NCBI RefSeq assembly: GCF_006345805.1
Contig: NC_043018.1
Coordinates: 19,034,001-19,098,000, forward strand
From: Octopus sinensis
Lineage: Eukaryota
DNA: 64,000 nt
Direction: 5' to 3'
The translations under genes were made by a program, and so were the position numbers. The notes under the pieces were generated by a model. The model ran no database searches and was not told where the DNA came from. It saw only the letters and a list, made by a program, of their open reading frames with translations. Positions 36,599 through 50,902 of the stretch are shown here, piece after piece. Each line of letters starts with the position of its first letter. Within the stretch, counting starts at the first letter, position 1.

Positions 36599-36995
36599 TC
36601 TTTATATATAAAAGAGAGGTTGTGTGCTGTCTGTCTCCTACGATTTAGATTCCTAACTACTCCCACATTTTGCAGTGCAGTTTAACCAAAAGTGGGTATC
36701 TTATAGTCGTGATTCATATTGAACCCTTCTGGGTATTAGTGCACGTCTACGATGAGTCTACGATTTAAAAAAAAATTTACCATCAATTTTCCCCATTTTT
36801 TAATGCATTTTTGGCATATATAAGGGAAGTAACTCTAAAAATTTATTATTAAATCTCAGAACGTAAAAAACTACAGTAACACCCCCCCCCTTTGTGGTTA
36901 GCCATATTGAGATGGCTATTATACTTTACATCTCTAAAAATGCTTATATAGTTATTTCCTTTACAAACCCGAGCAACGCCGGGCGATACTGCTAG
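36599..36995 (+). mobile_element. Non-autonomous Helitron
   Basis: A|TCTTTATATATAAAA 5' end, CCCGAGCAACGCCGGG hairpin, CTAG|T 3' end. Confidence 0.88.
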
Positions 36996-37662
36996 TAGAT
37001 AAATAAAAATCAGAATCCAGTCCTTTTCTAAAGAAGGCTGCCCTTTTCTCTATAAGAGTCCCTAATAGCGTGTCTGGATAGGGAACAAGAGTGGGTGGTT
37101 AGAGTGCCCCTCTGTGTTCTCAGTTCAGTTACTTCCGTGTTTAGTTACTTCCGTAGTTGCTAGAATTAATGATCCACTGTCGATGCATATTCCTGACTTC
37201 CCTCCTTTTTTTTTTTTTTTACATCATCAACAACTACTGCAGTAGCAGCAGCAATAAAATTAATGAAAAAAAAGAGAAAAAAAAAGCATTAAAGCAGAAA
37301 TGGGGAACCTCAGCATGATGTTTAGGTCTGTTGGAAATAACAGTCAAATTGTACCTCACTAGCAGTAACAAAAAATGAATAAATAAATAAAATAAGTGGT
37401 GTGGAGAGAGAGAGAGAAAAGAAGAGAGATTATATGTTGTGTGATTGACATATCAATGTCGGAATGAAAGATGGTGTGTCCACAGCTGGAACGTCTCTTG
37501 ATCATAGTTCTGCTCGATCAGGGATGACTTGGGGTTAAACAACATCAAATCTCTTGTGTGTGTGTGTGTGTGTGATATCAGAAGATATCCCTGTTCTTAG
37601 TGTTATGATTACTACTATTACTACTACTACTGCTACTACTACTGGCGAAAAATAGGTTTTAT

Positions 37663-37720
<58 letters not shown>

Positions 37721-38129
37721 ATGGCTGTACACAATTGGATAGTGTGGGATGTCTGTTGAACGTGTGGGAGGAGAGGAACAAGCACACACACACACACACA
37801 TTCGTTTCTTCCTAATCAATCTTCTGGATACCACTGACTCTCGCTCTTGATTATCTTTCGTCTGTTCAGCCTTACTTATCTAACTACACATTGAATAATC
37901 GTTTCACATATATATTTAGAAAGAACGCAATAGATAACATTATATACATACATACACACATACACACACACACACATAGCCTTGAGTCTAGATTGTGGTG
38001 CCATATGTGAACATATATGTGTGACTGTGTGTGTATATGTATATATGTAAATGTAAAAATGTGTGTATATATGCTCATTGTCTTTATCATTCCTTCTATG
38101 TATATACATATATATAAATATATTTATAC

Positions 38130-38531
38130 ACGCTATGTACATACATATATATATACACGCTATGTACATACATATATATATACACGCTATGTACATACAT
38201 ATATACACACTATGTACACACACATATATATATATATACACACTATGTACACATATATATATATATATACACACACTATGTACATATATATATATACACA
38301 CTATGTACATATATATATACACACTATGTACATATATATATACACACTATGTACATATATATATACACGGTATGTACATATATATATATATACACGGTAT
38401 GTACATATATATATATACATGGTATGTACATATATATATACACGGTATGTACATATATATATATACACGGTATGTACATACATATATATATATACATGCT
38501 ATGTACATATATATATATACATGCTATGAAC

Positions 38532-38563
<32 letters not shown>

Positions 38564-39569
38564 GCTATGTACATATATATATATATATATATACACTACA
38601 CATATACGTTATGTACATATGTATACATTCATATATGTACATATACATACATATATACAAATCTGTGTGTCTTTCTATTTGTGTACAAATTGTGTGTGTG
38701 TGCACAGGCATGTCTGTGGTTAAGAATTTCGCTTCTCAACTGCATGGTTTTGGTTCAGTCCTAATGTATGGCATCCTGAGTGTCGTCTATTTTAGCACCA
38801 GGCTAACCAAAGACTTGCGAGTGGATTTTGTAGATGGAAACTGAAAAAAAGCTGCCACACACACATATGTTGTATATGCATATATTGTTGTATATGCATA
38901 TATGCATACATATTTATGTACATATATAGACATTCAAAATGTGACCGCGTGTGTACCGTTGGCGTTTTTTTTTTTTTTTTTCCCCCTCCGTCTTCCCTTC
39001 TCTGGATCTTTCCTTTTCCTATGTTTCTGACGAAGAGCTCTGCTCGAAACGTTATATCCTCCTTCTTCCCTTCCTTCCTGAGCGTCCAATAATACTATAT
39101 TTGTTCCACGTCCTTGGTTGTTGTGTTTTCTCTTTGTGTTTTCATGTTTGGATTAACTATATACATACATACACACATATATATATATACACACTATGTA
39201 CATATATATATATACACACTATGTACATATATATATATACACACTATGTACATATATATATACACACTATGTACATATATATATACACACTATGTACATA
39301 TATATATACACACTATGTACATATATATATACACACTATGTACATATATATATACACGGTATGTACATATATATATATACACGGTATGTACATATATATA
39401 TATATACACGGTATGTACATATATATATATACACGGTATGTACATATATATATATACATGGTATGTACATATATATATACACGATATGTACATATATATA
39501 TATACACGGTATGTACATACATATATATATATATACATGCTATGTACATACATATATATACATGCTATG

Positions 39570-39610
<41 letters not shown>

Positions 39611-40225
39611 GCTATGTACATATATATATATATATATACACTACACATATACGTTATGTACATATGTATACATTCATATATGTACATATACATACATATA
39701 TACAAATCTGTGTGTCTTTCTATTTGTGTACAAATTGTGTGTGTGTGCACAGGCATGTCTGTGGTTAAGAATTTCGCTTCTCAACTGCATGGTTTTGGTT
39801 CAGTCCTAATGTATGGCATCCTGAGTGTCGTCTATTTTAGCACCAGGCTAACCAAAGACTTGCGAGTGGATTTTGTAGATGGAAACTGAAAAAAAGCTGC
39901 CACACACACATATGTTGTATATGCATATATTGTTGTATATGCATATATGCATACATATTTATGTACATATATAGACATTCAAAATGTGACCGCGTGTGTA
40001 CCGTTGGCGTTTTTTTTTTTTTTTCCCCCTCCGTCTTCCCTTTTCTGGATCTTTCCTTTTCCTATGTTTCTGACGAAGAGCTCTGCTCGAAACGTTATAT
40101 CCTCCTTCTTCCCTTCCTTCCTGAGCGTCCAATAATACTATATTTGTTCCACGTCCTTGGTTGTTGTGTTTTCTCTTTGTGTTTTCATGTTTGGATTAAC
40201 TATATACATACATACACATATATAT
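38130..40225. repeat. ~1.045-kb tandem duplication containing a CACTATGTACATATAT minisatellite, SINE B and a Penelope-type end
   Basis: Offsets of 1043-1045 bp, e.g. GTGACCGCG at 38941 and 39986. Confidence 0.88.
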
Positions 40226-40804
40226 ATATATATATATGATAGATTGCCGTCAATTCATTCTCTCTTACCTGTTTGTGTTTGCCTTCCAATTGCTGTTTTT
40301 ACTGAGATCTCCCTTTTTGGTAGAAGAAATAGCTATAACTCTTTGACTGCTATTTCTAAATTCGGTATGTGGTAAGGCAATTCGTTGCTAAACCCTTTAT
40401 TGCTTAGTATATATATATATATATATGTATACATTAACAAGTCGGGAAGTATGAGAGGTGAATACATTTATTTAACCACTTGTTATCTTTAGGATTACAT
40501 CTGTTTCGCAGCCTTCATCATGTAATAATAATTTCAGTGTCTTATAAATAATTTTACATGTCTGCGCTAATATGCATGTTACACATTGTACAATACAATT
40601 ATACATTTACAAATCAAAGTAGATAAAGAAGGCTACCTCATCAGAATATCATAGTTACATCAATGTTTTCATATTGCACTGCTAATTTATATAGATATAT
40701 AGCTATGTATAGATATCCATGTATGTATGCATGCATGCATGTATGTATGTGTATGTCTATCTCTCTCTCTCTCTGTATGTATGTATATATATATATATAT
40801 ATAA

Positions 40805-41230
40805 TCATCATTGTTTAACATCCACTTTCCATGCTAGCATGGGTTGGACGATTTGACCAAAGACTGGCGAACCAGATGGCTGCACCAGGCTCCAATCTGA
40901 TTTGGCAGAGTTTCTACAGCTGGATGCCCTTCCTAATGCCAACCACTCCGAGAGTGTAGTGAGTGCTTTTACATGCCAGTAAGGTAGTACTGGCAAGGGC
41001 CACGCTCAAATGGTGTTTTTTTACGTGCCACCTGCTCAGGAGCTAGTCCAGCGGCACTGGCAATGACCTCGCTCGAACGTTTTTTCATGTGCTGCTGGCA
41101 CAAGTACCAGAGGGTGATGCTGGTAACGATCACGATCGAATGATGCTTTTTATGTGCCACTGGCACGGAAGCCAGTTTGCTGCTCTGGCAATGATCATGC
41201 TCGGATGGTGCTCTTAGCGTTCCACTAGCA
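40805..41230 (-). mobile_element. Family A copy
   Basis: Reverse-complement tail and diverged repeat units. Confidence 0.8.
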
Positions 41231-41330
41231 TGGATATATATATATATATATAGCTTCATAAATATCAGCAAATTAGTTTGTTAAGAGGTGGCAATAAACA
41301 TTACTATTATATACATATCTTTTATATACA

Positions 41331-41704
41331 TGAGGTATGGCCATCTTTGAACTAGTTGTACCACTCCTTTATTTGTGTTTTTCTCATAGTATCTTCTCCA
41401 AAGGCCTTCTGAATCTTGTTGATAGTCTGGGTTTGCGTATCACCAAGATTTTGGCAGAATTTGATACAGTATCTTTGCTGAATGCCCCCGGTCATCTTGA
41501 CTCAAAAAGAAAAATCGCACAGCACTCTCTTCATGTCTGTACTCAACGCATCACTGCAGGTGAATGGCGCAACCTGCTGGCATGAAAATTTTTGTGCATG
41601 CTCAGGAATGATGTGGCCACCTAATACCCATGCGGATTTTAGTCACGCATTATTATTTTCTGCCAAAAAATTCAAGGTCAGATACTTTTTGACTACACCT
41701 CATA
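41331..41704 (-). mobile_element. mariner element 5' end with transposase N-terminus relic
   Basis: Terminus TATGAGGTGTAGTCAAAAAGTATC; minus translation QRYCIKFCQNLG...IQKAFGE...IKEWYN*FKDGHTS. Confidence 0.8.
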
Positions 41705-41859
41705 TATAATAATAATAATAAATGCCAAAATATATAACTCCTACTAAACGTGTTGAGTGCCTCGTTTTTTTGTTTGTCCACTCACCTATGTGTGTGTGTA
41801 TATTTATATAACAGCATACAAAAACAACGTTAAATGGATGAAGTGAGACCATAACCCGT

Positions 41860-42350
41860 GGCCTTCTACACGTGATGTAGCCAGTCCACTTACGCATACC
41901 TTCCCTTCTTGGGACACAAAACTCTACTTGTGAAGACCTGTTGAGGCAAGTGAAATCAAAATCGATCAATGGAAATTGCAGCTGAGATACCAGTGCCGGT
42001 GGCACGTAAGAGAACCATCCGAACGTGGCCGTTGCCAGCGCTGCCCCGACTGGCCTCGTGCCGGTGGCACATATAAAGCACCATCCGTTTGTGGCCATTG
42101 CCAGCCTCGCCTGGCCCCCGTGCCGGTGGCACATAAAAAGCACCATCCGATCGTGGCCGTTTGCCAGACTTGTCTGGCACGTAAAAAGCACCCACTACAC
42201 TCACGGAGTGGTTGGCGTTAGGAAGGGCATCCAGCCGTAGAAACATTGCCAGATCAGACTGGGCCTGGTGCAGCCTTCTGGCTTCCCAGACCCCAGTTGA
42301 ACCGTCCAACCCATGCCAGCATGGAAAGTGGACGCTAAACGATGATGATG
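41860..42350 (+). mobile_element. Family A copy (long)
   Basis: Repeat units, tail and (GAT)n. Confidence 0.85.
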
Positions 42351-42751
42351 ATATATATACACATGCTTATATACATATGTACACATACAAACACACTTAT
42401 AGCGTGTAAAACGTAGATAATTGTTCCTCACGATCAGAGATGTACGACTCCTCTTTGGCTACTGAGAGAACTTCGCATCTAAATCACTATATATAGCTTA
42501 TCAAGATAGAATATTAACAGCCACCCTAATTTGCATATTTTATGTCAGCTTGGCAAATTGTAAGTCAATTAATATTTATGTAGAACACAATCAATTAATT
42601 GTTAGTCAGTTGGTATTTATGTAGAACATGGCACAATTCAGAATATCTGGAGCATAATGTAGATAAATCTACAGTTATTTATTAGCTGTGGAGAATGAAG
42701 TGGTGTGGAATTCTTGTTCTCGCAACAAATGAGAAAAATAGTTCAGTATTT

Positions 42752-42798
<47 letters not shown>

Positions 42799-44120
42799 AA
42801 GAAGATTGTTTGTAGGATGTTCAGTGATACCATCTTGTGTGTATTTCATTAACATAAGCTGATTATTAGTTATATAATCGAGATATAGTCCAATCATCAG
42901 AGATGTGTAACTTTCATAAGTAGCATTACAGAATTGAAAAGATGACAAAATCACTCATTGGACTTACATCACTTTTACATAATAGCAACAATATATATAT
43001 ATCATCATCATTTAATGTCCATGTTCCATGCTAGCATGGGTGGGACGGTACCACAAGAGCCAGCCAGGCCGAAGCCGGCGCCAGACTTCTTTTACTGTCT
43101 TGGCAGGATTTTTATAGCTGGATGCCCTTCCTAACACCCACCATCAGTAAGGTGGATTTAGTGCTTTTTATGTGGCACAAGCACAAGCGAGGTCAATCTT
43201 GGCTAGGTTTTTACAGCTGGATGCTCTTTCGAATACCAACCATTCTACAGCATGGATTGGGTGTTTTTAAGTGGCACCTGCACTGGCAGGGTCACCAAGT
43301 AACTTGCAAGACAAACACTTTTAAGAGGGGAGGAGGTGATGATGAAAAGGTTATAGTGAGACAGATAGCTGGCAGAAATGTCAGCACGACGGGTGAAATG
43401 CTCAGCGGTATTTCGTCTGCCGCTACGTTCTGAGTTCAAATTCTGCCGAGGTCGACTTTGCCTTTCATCCTTTCAGGGTCGATTAAATAAGTACCAGTTA
43501 CGCACTGGGGTCGATATAATCGACTTAATCCGTTTGTCCTCCCTGTGCTTAGCCTCTTGTGGGTAGTAAAGAAATAGATATAGGTGTCTTGCTGTAGAGG
43601 AAGTACAGAGAGAGAAAGATCAGGAACAAAAACCAAAACAGGTGTACTTCTGCAAAGAAAATGCATGGTTGCCCAACTTGAGGGAAGTGCAGGAGAAGGA
43701 GAGAGAGTGGGAGACTGCAGGATGGAGATGGTGGCAAAATGTCAGGCATGTTCACAAGGAATGGGGATCAGAGTATAAATGAGATGGTTGAGTAAAGGAA
43801 GAGAGAGAGAGAGAGATATAGATGGTGGCAAGTGCCAGGGCATAACCTTGATGTTCAAATGCCATAATATAAGTGACAGGATATTGCGAAGGGGGTGCGA
43901 GTAAGTGGCAAAAGACCTGGGTATATATAGAGCTGGAGGGGCTACTGGAGAGTAATGGTACAGAGGGATGAGTGTGAAGATAAGATTGGGGAATGAGAAC
44001 TAGGCAAGGATACACACAGTTAGTGAACAAACAGAAGAAAGTAGCATTCAATACATTTACTAGGAGTGGCATATAGTTTTAATAACAATTTGACTATACT
44101 CAACATGTATGTATATATGT

Positions 44121-44530
44121 ATGTATGGAGCTGAAACCTGGACAGTCTATAAAGCTGAAGTTAACGAGTTAGAAGATGCATATTTGATGAGACAGCTGCA
44201 ACAAATTATGAATATCTGTTTGATAAGATCTGGAATGAAGTGATCCTACAGTCTGCTGGTCTGCTTCCTGTGATAAAAATCCTCATTGACAGAAATTTAT
44301 GTCGGTTGGGATGGGACGAGTACACAGAATGGACAAGCAGTCAGTTTCTTTACTCCCAATTTTGCTTTGCAAAGGGAAAAGAAACCCTGGAAGACCTAGA
44401 TTGAAATACAAAGATATTGCAAACAGGAATATGAAGTGGAAAGGAATTTTTTTATGGCAAACTCAAGTGAAAAATACCAACCAGTATGGAGGAAGCTTAT
44501 CGAGTTATGCCAAAGTCATCCAGAGTCCTA
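44121..44530 (+). mobile_element. Degraded RTE (BovB-like) LINE fragment
   Basis: MYGAETWTVY...VHRMD...GKRNPGRPRLKYKD. Confidence 0.75.
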
Positions 44531-44834
44531 GTTGTGACAACTGACTGCAGGACCTCTCTATATAGTATATACACACACAAATATAATTGTGTGTGTGTAT
44601 AAAATTTGTTGCATCAAAAATGCATTTCATAATATTACATTAATTATTGCTGGTTAATTAATTAATCTGTAATACATTTGATGACATATATATTGTGTGT
44701 GCATGTGCTTTTTATGTGAGAGAGGGCCAGAAATGTCCTGACTCTATATGGGAACGTGGAGTGAGTGCAAAGTGTGTCAATGAGACAGGAAAAGAACTGA
44801 GTATAGAAGTGGGTAAGTTACAAACAGTGCATGT

Positions 44835-45220
44835 GTCATCATCATCATCATCATCATTTAGCGTCCGTTTTCCAAGCTAGCATGGGTTGGACGGTTCGAC
44901 CGGGGTCTGGGAAGTCAGGAGGCTTCATCAGGCCCAGTCAGATTTGGCAGTGTTTCTACGGCTGGATGCCCTTCCTAACGCCAACCACTCCGCGAGTGTA
45001 GTGGGTGTTTTTTACGTGCCACCTGCACAGGTGCCAGACAGAGCTGGCACAACGGCCACGAACAGATGGTGCTTATACGTGTCACCGACAGAGCTGGCAA
45101 ACGGCCATGAACAGACGGTGCTTTTACGTGTCACCGGCACGGGCGCCAGCCGAGGCTGGCAACGGACACGAACAGATGGTGCTTTTACGGGGCCAGACAG
45201 AGCTGGCAAACGGCCGAACT
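44835..45220 (-). mobile_element. Family A copy
   Basis: Tail plus repeat units; further copies near 43000-43300, 45440-45610, 46068-46275 and 47845-48290. Confidence 0.8.
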
Positions 45221-46675
45221 GGTAAAACAACAAACACGACTCTACCGAAATCTGCGTTACAACATAGAGTTTTTGATCAGATTTCTCTTGCTGAAAATAT
45301 GTGGAGAGGAATGAATGGATTGTGTTGTGTGTCCGTGTGTCCCTCTGTAATACTTTCATATCCCTCAATACTACACTCTGCTCAGTTGAAGGAAGGTATC
45401 TTGTCTTGTGAGTACTCAGTGACTTCAGCTGTGCTGGTGCCCCCCCCCCAAGCACTCAGTACACTCTGTAAAGTGGTTGGCATTAGGAAGGGCATCAAGC
45501 TGTGGAAACCATGCCAAAGCAGATATTGGAGCTTGCCAAAGCCCTCTGGCACATCAACTCCTGTCAAACTGTCTGCCCCATGTCAGCATAGAAAAGACGA
45601 TGTCAATTGATCAAGATATGTAGGTACTTTATTTTACTGGTACTTTATTTTATTAAAACTGGTACTTTATTTTATAGAACCCAGAGGGATGAAAGACAAA
45701 GTTGATCTCAATAATTATAATAATAATAATTCTTTCTAATATAGGCACAAGGCCAGGAATTCAGGAATTTGTGCGGAGGAGGATAATTAATCACATCAAC
45801 CCCAGTATTTGACTGGTACTTAATTTATTGATTCCGAAAGGGTGAAAGGCAAAGTTGATTAATAATTATAATTGTAATAGTAATAATGATTATAATAAAT
45901 GAAAATTTGTTATCTACTCTACTCTGCTGGATCTCTGGTACTTCTATCAACCCAGGTGGGTGACAAAGGAAAAACTGATTCGCTTGTGAATTGAACTCGT
46001 CATAGGAATTACAAAGCATTTAGCCTGTGTCACACCACTTCTCTTTATTCCAAGTAATAATAATAATAATCATCATCATCATCATCGTTTAACGTCCGCT
46101 TTCCATGCTAGCATGGGTTGGACGGTTCAACTGGGGTCTGGGAAGCCTGAAAGCTGCACCAGGCCAGTCAGATCTCGCAGTGTTTCTACAGCTGGATGCC
46201 CTTCCTAATGCCAACCACTCTGTGAGTGTAGTTGGTGCTTTTTATGTGCCACCGACACAGGTGCCAGACAGGTGCAATAATAATAATAATAATAAGAGCA
46301 CTCAGAAAGCACAAACCTCTGCCAAGGTAACACCAAAAGTGAAAAGTCAGGGAAGATAATCCAGAATTCTTGTCCGGTACCAGATTGATCCCCAAATCTA
46401 ATCAGTTCGTGCCAGTCAGGGGGCCAAACATCCCTGAAAGTTTAATCCGAATCTGTCCAGCGGTTCTTGAGATACCTTGTCCACGGACAGACAAACAAAT
46501 ACCACTGCAAACAATACCTCCACCTTCGCTAAGGAGGAAGTAATAACTGTTATTGTTGAAAATAGCTTTTATGCACCTGTTGTCATGTTTAAATCCTGGT
46601 GCAGTCCTGTACAGTTGCACAATGTACATAGTGCATATTGTGTATATTGTATATGCATATTTGTACAGAGTACAT

Positions 46676-47023
46676 GTGAAGGCGCATGGCTCAGTGGTTA
46701 GAGCGTCGAGCTTACGATCGTGAGGTTGTGAGCTCGAATCCCGGTCCGGGCTGCGTGTTGTGTTCTTGAGCAAAGCACTTTATTTTTCACGTTGCTCCAG
46801 TTCACTCAGCTGTAGAAATGAGTTGCGACGTCACTGGTGCCAAGCTGTATCGACCCCTTTGCCTTTCCCTTGGATAACACTGGTGGCGTGGAGAGCGGAG
46901 GCTGGTATGCATGGGCGACTGCTGGTCTTCCATAAACAACCTTGCCTAGACTTGTGTCTAGGAGGGTAACTTTCTAGGTGCAATCCCATGGTCATTCATG
47001 ACCGAAAGGGGTCTTTACCCCTT

Positions 47024-47075
<52 letters not shown>

Positions 47076-47420
47076 TTAGTGAAGGCGCATGGCTCAGTGG
47101 TTAGAGCGTCGAGCTTACGATCGTGAGGTTGTGAGCTCGAATCCCGGACCGGGCTGCGTGTTGTGTTCTTGAGCAAGGAACTTTATTTCACGTTGCTCCA
47201 GTTCACTCAGCTGTAGAAATGAGTTGCGACGTCACTGGTGCCAAGCTGTATCGACCTTTGCCTTTCCCTTGGATAACACTGGTGGCGTGGAGAGGGGAGG
47301 CTGGTATGCATGGGCGACTGTTGGTCTTCCATAAACAACCTTGCCCGGACTTGTGTCTAGGAGGGTAACTTTCTAGGTGCAATCCCATGGTCATTCATGA
47401 CCGAAGGGGGTCTTTACCCC
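46676..47420 (+). mobile_element. Two tandem full-length SINE family D copies separated by (TA)n
   Basis: GTGAAGGCGCATGGCTCAGTGGTTAGAGCG heads at 46676 and 47079; tRNA-like head with ACG at the anticodon position. Confidence 0.92.
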
Positions 47421-48816
47421 TATACATGTTGTAGGAGTGGCTGTCTGGTTTGGACATTTGCTTCCCAAACACATGGTTTCAGGTTCAGTCCCACTGCATG
47501 GCACTTTGGGCAAGTGTATTCTGCTATAGCCTCGGGCCGACCAAAGCCTTGTGAGTGGATTTGGTAGACGGAAACTGAAAGAAGAAGCCCATTGTATATG
47601 TATTTATGTGCACGCATGCACACACACACAAACGTATATATTCAAAATCTCCATCTGACCCATAGCAACATGGAACATGGCTGTTAAATGATGATATCTA
47701 TCTAGATGTCTGTTTGTCTGTCTATCTGTCTATCTCTCTATCTATCTCTGACTGTCTATCTCTCTCTCTGTCTGTTTGTATCTATCTACAAACAAACACA
47801 AGTATGTGTGTATGTTCATGTCTCTTTGTCTTGACATCATGTGATTCATCATCATCATCATCATCGTTTAACGTCCGTTTTCCGTGCTAGCACGGGTTGG
47901 ACTGTTCGACCGAGGTCTGGGAAGCCAGGAGGCTGCACCAGGCTCCAGTCTGATCTGGCAGTGTTTCTACAGCTGGATGCCCTTCCTAATGCCAACCACT
48001 CCATGAGTATAGTGGGTGCTTTTTACATGCTGCTGGCACAGGTGCTAGGGGAGGCTGGCAGTGGCCACGATTGGTTGGTGCTTTTTACATGCCACCGACA
48101 CAGAAGCCAGTCAAGGTGGCGCTGGCATCGGCCATGTTCGGACGGTGCTTTTTATGTGCCACCGGCACAGGTATCACAACTGTTGTAAACAAATATTTTC
48201 CCTCTCAAATATTCTCTGAAAACATGCCTGGCCAAGGAGAAATATCACTTTTCGGTTGAGGGTTGGTGACAGGAAAGACATCCAGCCATAGGAAGCCTCT
48301 CTTCTGTAAACTCTGTCTGATCTATGCAAAAATGATGATGATGCATATTGTGTACAAAATGTAAACCAGGTTAGGTAAACATACATGGATATCATTAGAA
48401 TATTCTAGAGAGATGCCACATGGCCCAGACATTCTATAAGACAAACATGTCTTCACCATTCCACATTGTTGTATTTGAAGCTGACTGGAGTACAAACTTT
48501 AGAAGGAGCCAGTGAGGAAGTCTGTACGTGGTTGTTTGACCTGTTAGAAGTAGTAGCTAAATCTCCTTCAAATCACACTCTGCCTTCTTAGAAAACAGCA
48601 TGTTGGATTATGTGGTTCTAAGTGCCTTGCACATTGGTAAAGGACTGGATGGTCGTAGCTGGAATACTGTTGATCATAGGTCTGTTCAGTCGTGACTGAC
48701 TTGGTGTTAAACGGTAACTTTGAATGGCGAATAATTCGTGTATGTACAAGTCTGTTATTGCAGGCGCGTGTGTGTGTGTGTGGTCGATGTCAGTCACTGA
48801 CTACTGCTACCTTGAG

Positions 48817-48857
<41 letters not shown>

Positions 48858-49037
48858 CAGTTAAGTAGGTAGCATACATTGTTACATACTCAGTCACCAA
48901 TCCCTAACTGATCACCTGACTTGATTTATAATGTTCACTGTTGTTCATATATATATATATATATATATTCATGGTATGTTATATAATATGGTATAATGAA
49001 TATATTTGTATGTATGTACATGTATATATATGTGTCA

Positions 49038-49068
<31 letters not shown>

Positions 49069-49441
49069 GTATGTTATATAATATGGTATAATGAATATAT
49101 TTGTATGTATGTACATGTATATATATGTGTCAACATATATATATATATATATTCATGGTATGTTATATAATATGATATAATGAATATATTTGTATGTATG
49201 GACATGTATATATATATATATATATGTGTGTCAATATATATATATATATATATACATACAGATTTAGCAAGAGAAGTAGCTCTTAGTTGAAATCTTTTAT
49301 CTATATGACATGACATACATATCGTATGTAGATTGCAGAAAAAAAGCCAGTAGCTGCAGTATTTGGCTGGGGAAAATATTGCTCCCACCCTATAACATTA
49401 TGTCATAGATAAATATATGTGTGTGTGTGTGTGTGTATGTA

Positions 49442-49662
49442 TAGAAGGGTGTGCTGAAGAGCTCCTGGCTTTGGATAAAAGAAAATACACTAGGATCAGT
49501 TAATTATGATTTCATTAAACATATCCTTCTCTCAGATTCACATACTTATCACAATGGTCCTTAAGTTTTTCTGGGGTCTGTAAAAGAACTCGGAAGGTTG
49601 GGCCTCCAACCAGGCCTTTTGCTACACCCTTAAAGCCAGGAACATTTCAGCACCACCTCGTG
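49442..49662 (-). mobile_element. mariner-derived MITE (inverse of 25220-25422)
   Basis: GTGCTGAAGAGCTCCTGGCTT / AAGCCAGGAACATTTCAGCAC TIRs. Confidence 0.7.
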
Positions 49663-50503
49663 TGTTTGTGTGTGTGTATTTGTTTCTTTATTACCCACGA
49701 GGGGCTAAATATAGAGGGAGCAAACAAGGACAGACAAACGAATTAAGTCGATTATATCAACCCCAGTGCTTAACTGGTACTTAATTTATCGACCCCGAAA
49801 GGATGAAAGGCAAAGTCGACCTCGGCAGGATTTGAACTCAGAACATCATGGCAGACAAAATATGACTACGCATTTCGACTGGCGTGCTAACGTTTCTGCC
49901 AGGTCACCGCCTTTGTGTGTATATATGTGTGATGGATGAAACTTCTATGTGTGTGTGTATGCATGTATGTATATATCATGTGATCACATAATCGACCAGG
50001 CTATCGGATGTTGTAATACATCACTGGTCACAATGTGCTTTGCATCATTTTAGCTTTCGAATGATGCCACACTGCTGGCTAGGCGAGAAGACCAACACTT
50101 ATCCTGATTGGATGGCTGTTCCATTGCAGGGTTACTCATTTGCAGCCGAGCAGACTGAAACAACATGAAGTGATTTGCTCGAACGCCCAGCCTGCGAATT
50201 GAACCCATGACCTTATGATCATGAGTGCAACTCACTAGCCACTCGGCCACACACCTTCACATGTATGTATGTGTATACACGCACACATACACACCATTCA
50301 TTTTCTGTGTTCTTCACAGCTATCTATGCATTAAACATATAAGAATGAACTCCTGTTGTTTAGTTCTAGATTAATTTAGATAAAATTCTTATCTTCATCT
50401 CTGGTTATGTATCTACCATTTCTACTTGCAAAAAACAAACAAAATTGGTGTTAGTGCCATATGAGTTGTCCATTAGTCTATATTCTTGGTTAGTATTGAG
50501 AAA

Positions 50504-50902
50504 TCTTTATATATAAAAATGTAGTTGTGTGTCTGTCTCCACTGATTTAGATTCCTAACTACTCCCACATTTTGCGGTGCAGTTTAACCAAAAGCTAGTA
50601 TCTTATAGTCGTGATTCATATCGAGCCCTTCTGGGTACTAGCGCGCGTCTATGATGAGTCTACGATTTAAAAAAAAATTTACCATAATTTTTCCGCATTT
50701 TTAATGCATTTTCGTTCGGTTTATATAAGGGAAGTAACTCTCTAAAAATTTATTATTAAACCTCAGAACGTAAAAAGCTACAGTAACACTCCCCCCCTTT
50801 GTGGCTAGCCATATTGAGATAGCTATTATACTTTACATCTCTAAAAATGCTTATATAGTTATTTCCCTTACAAACCCGAGCAACGCCGGGGGATACTGCT
50901 AG
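50504..50902 (+). mobile_element. Non-autonomous Helitron (copy 2)
   Basis: A|TC start, hairpin, CTAG|T end. Confidence 0.88.

Noticed and set aside
46681-46760. tRNA-Arg(ACG)-like gene, and other tRNA-like heads
   Set aside because: Continues into a SINE body, is multi-copy, and has poor acceptor-stem pairing
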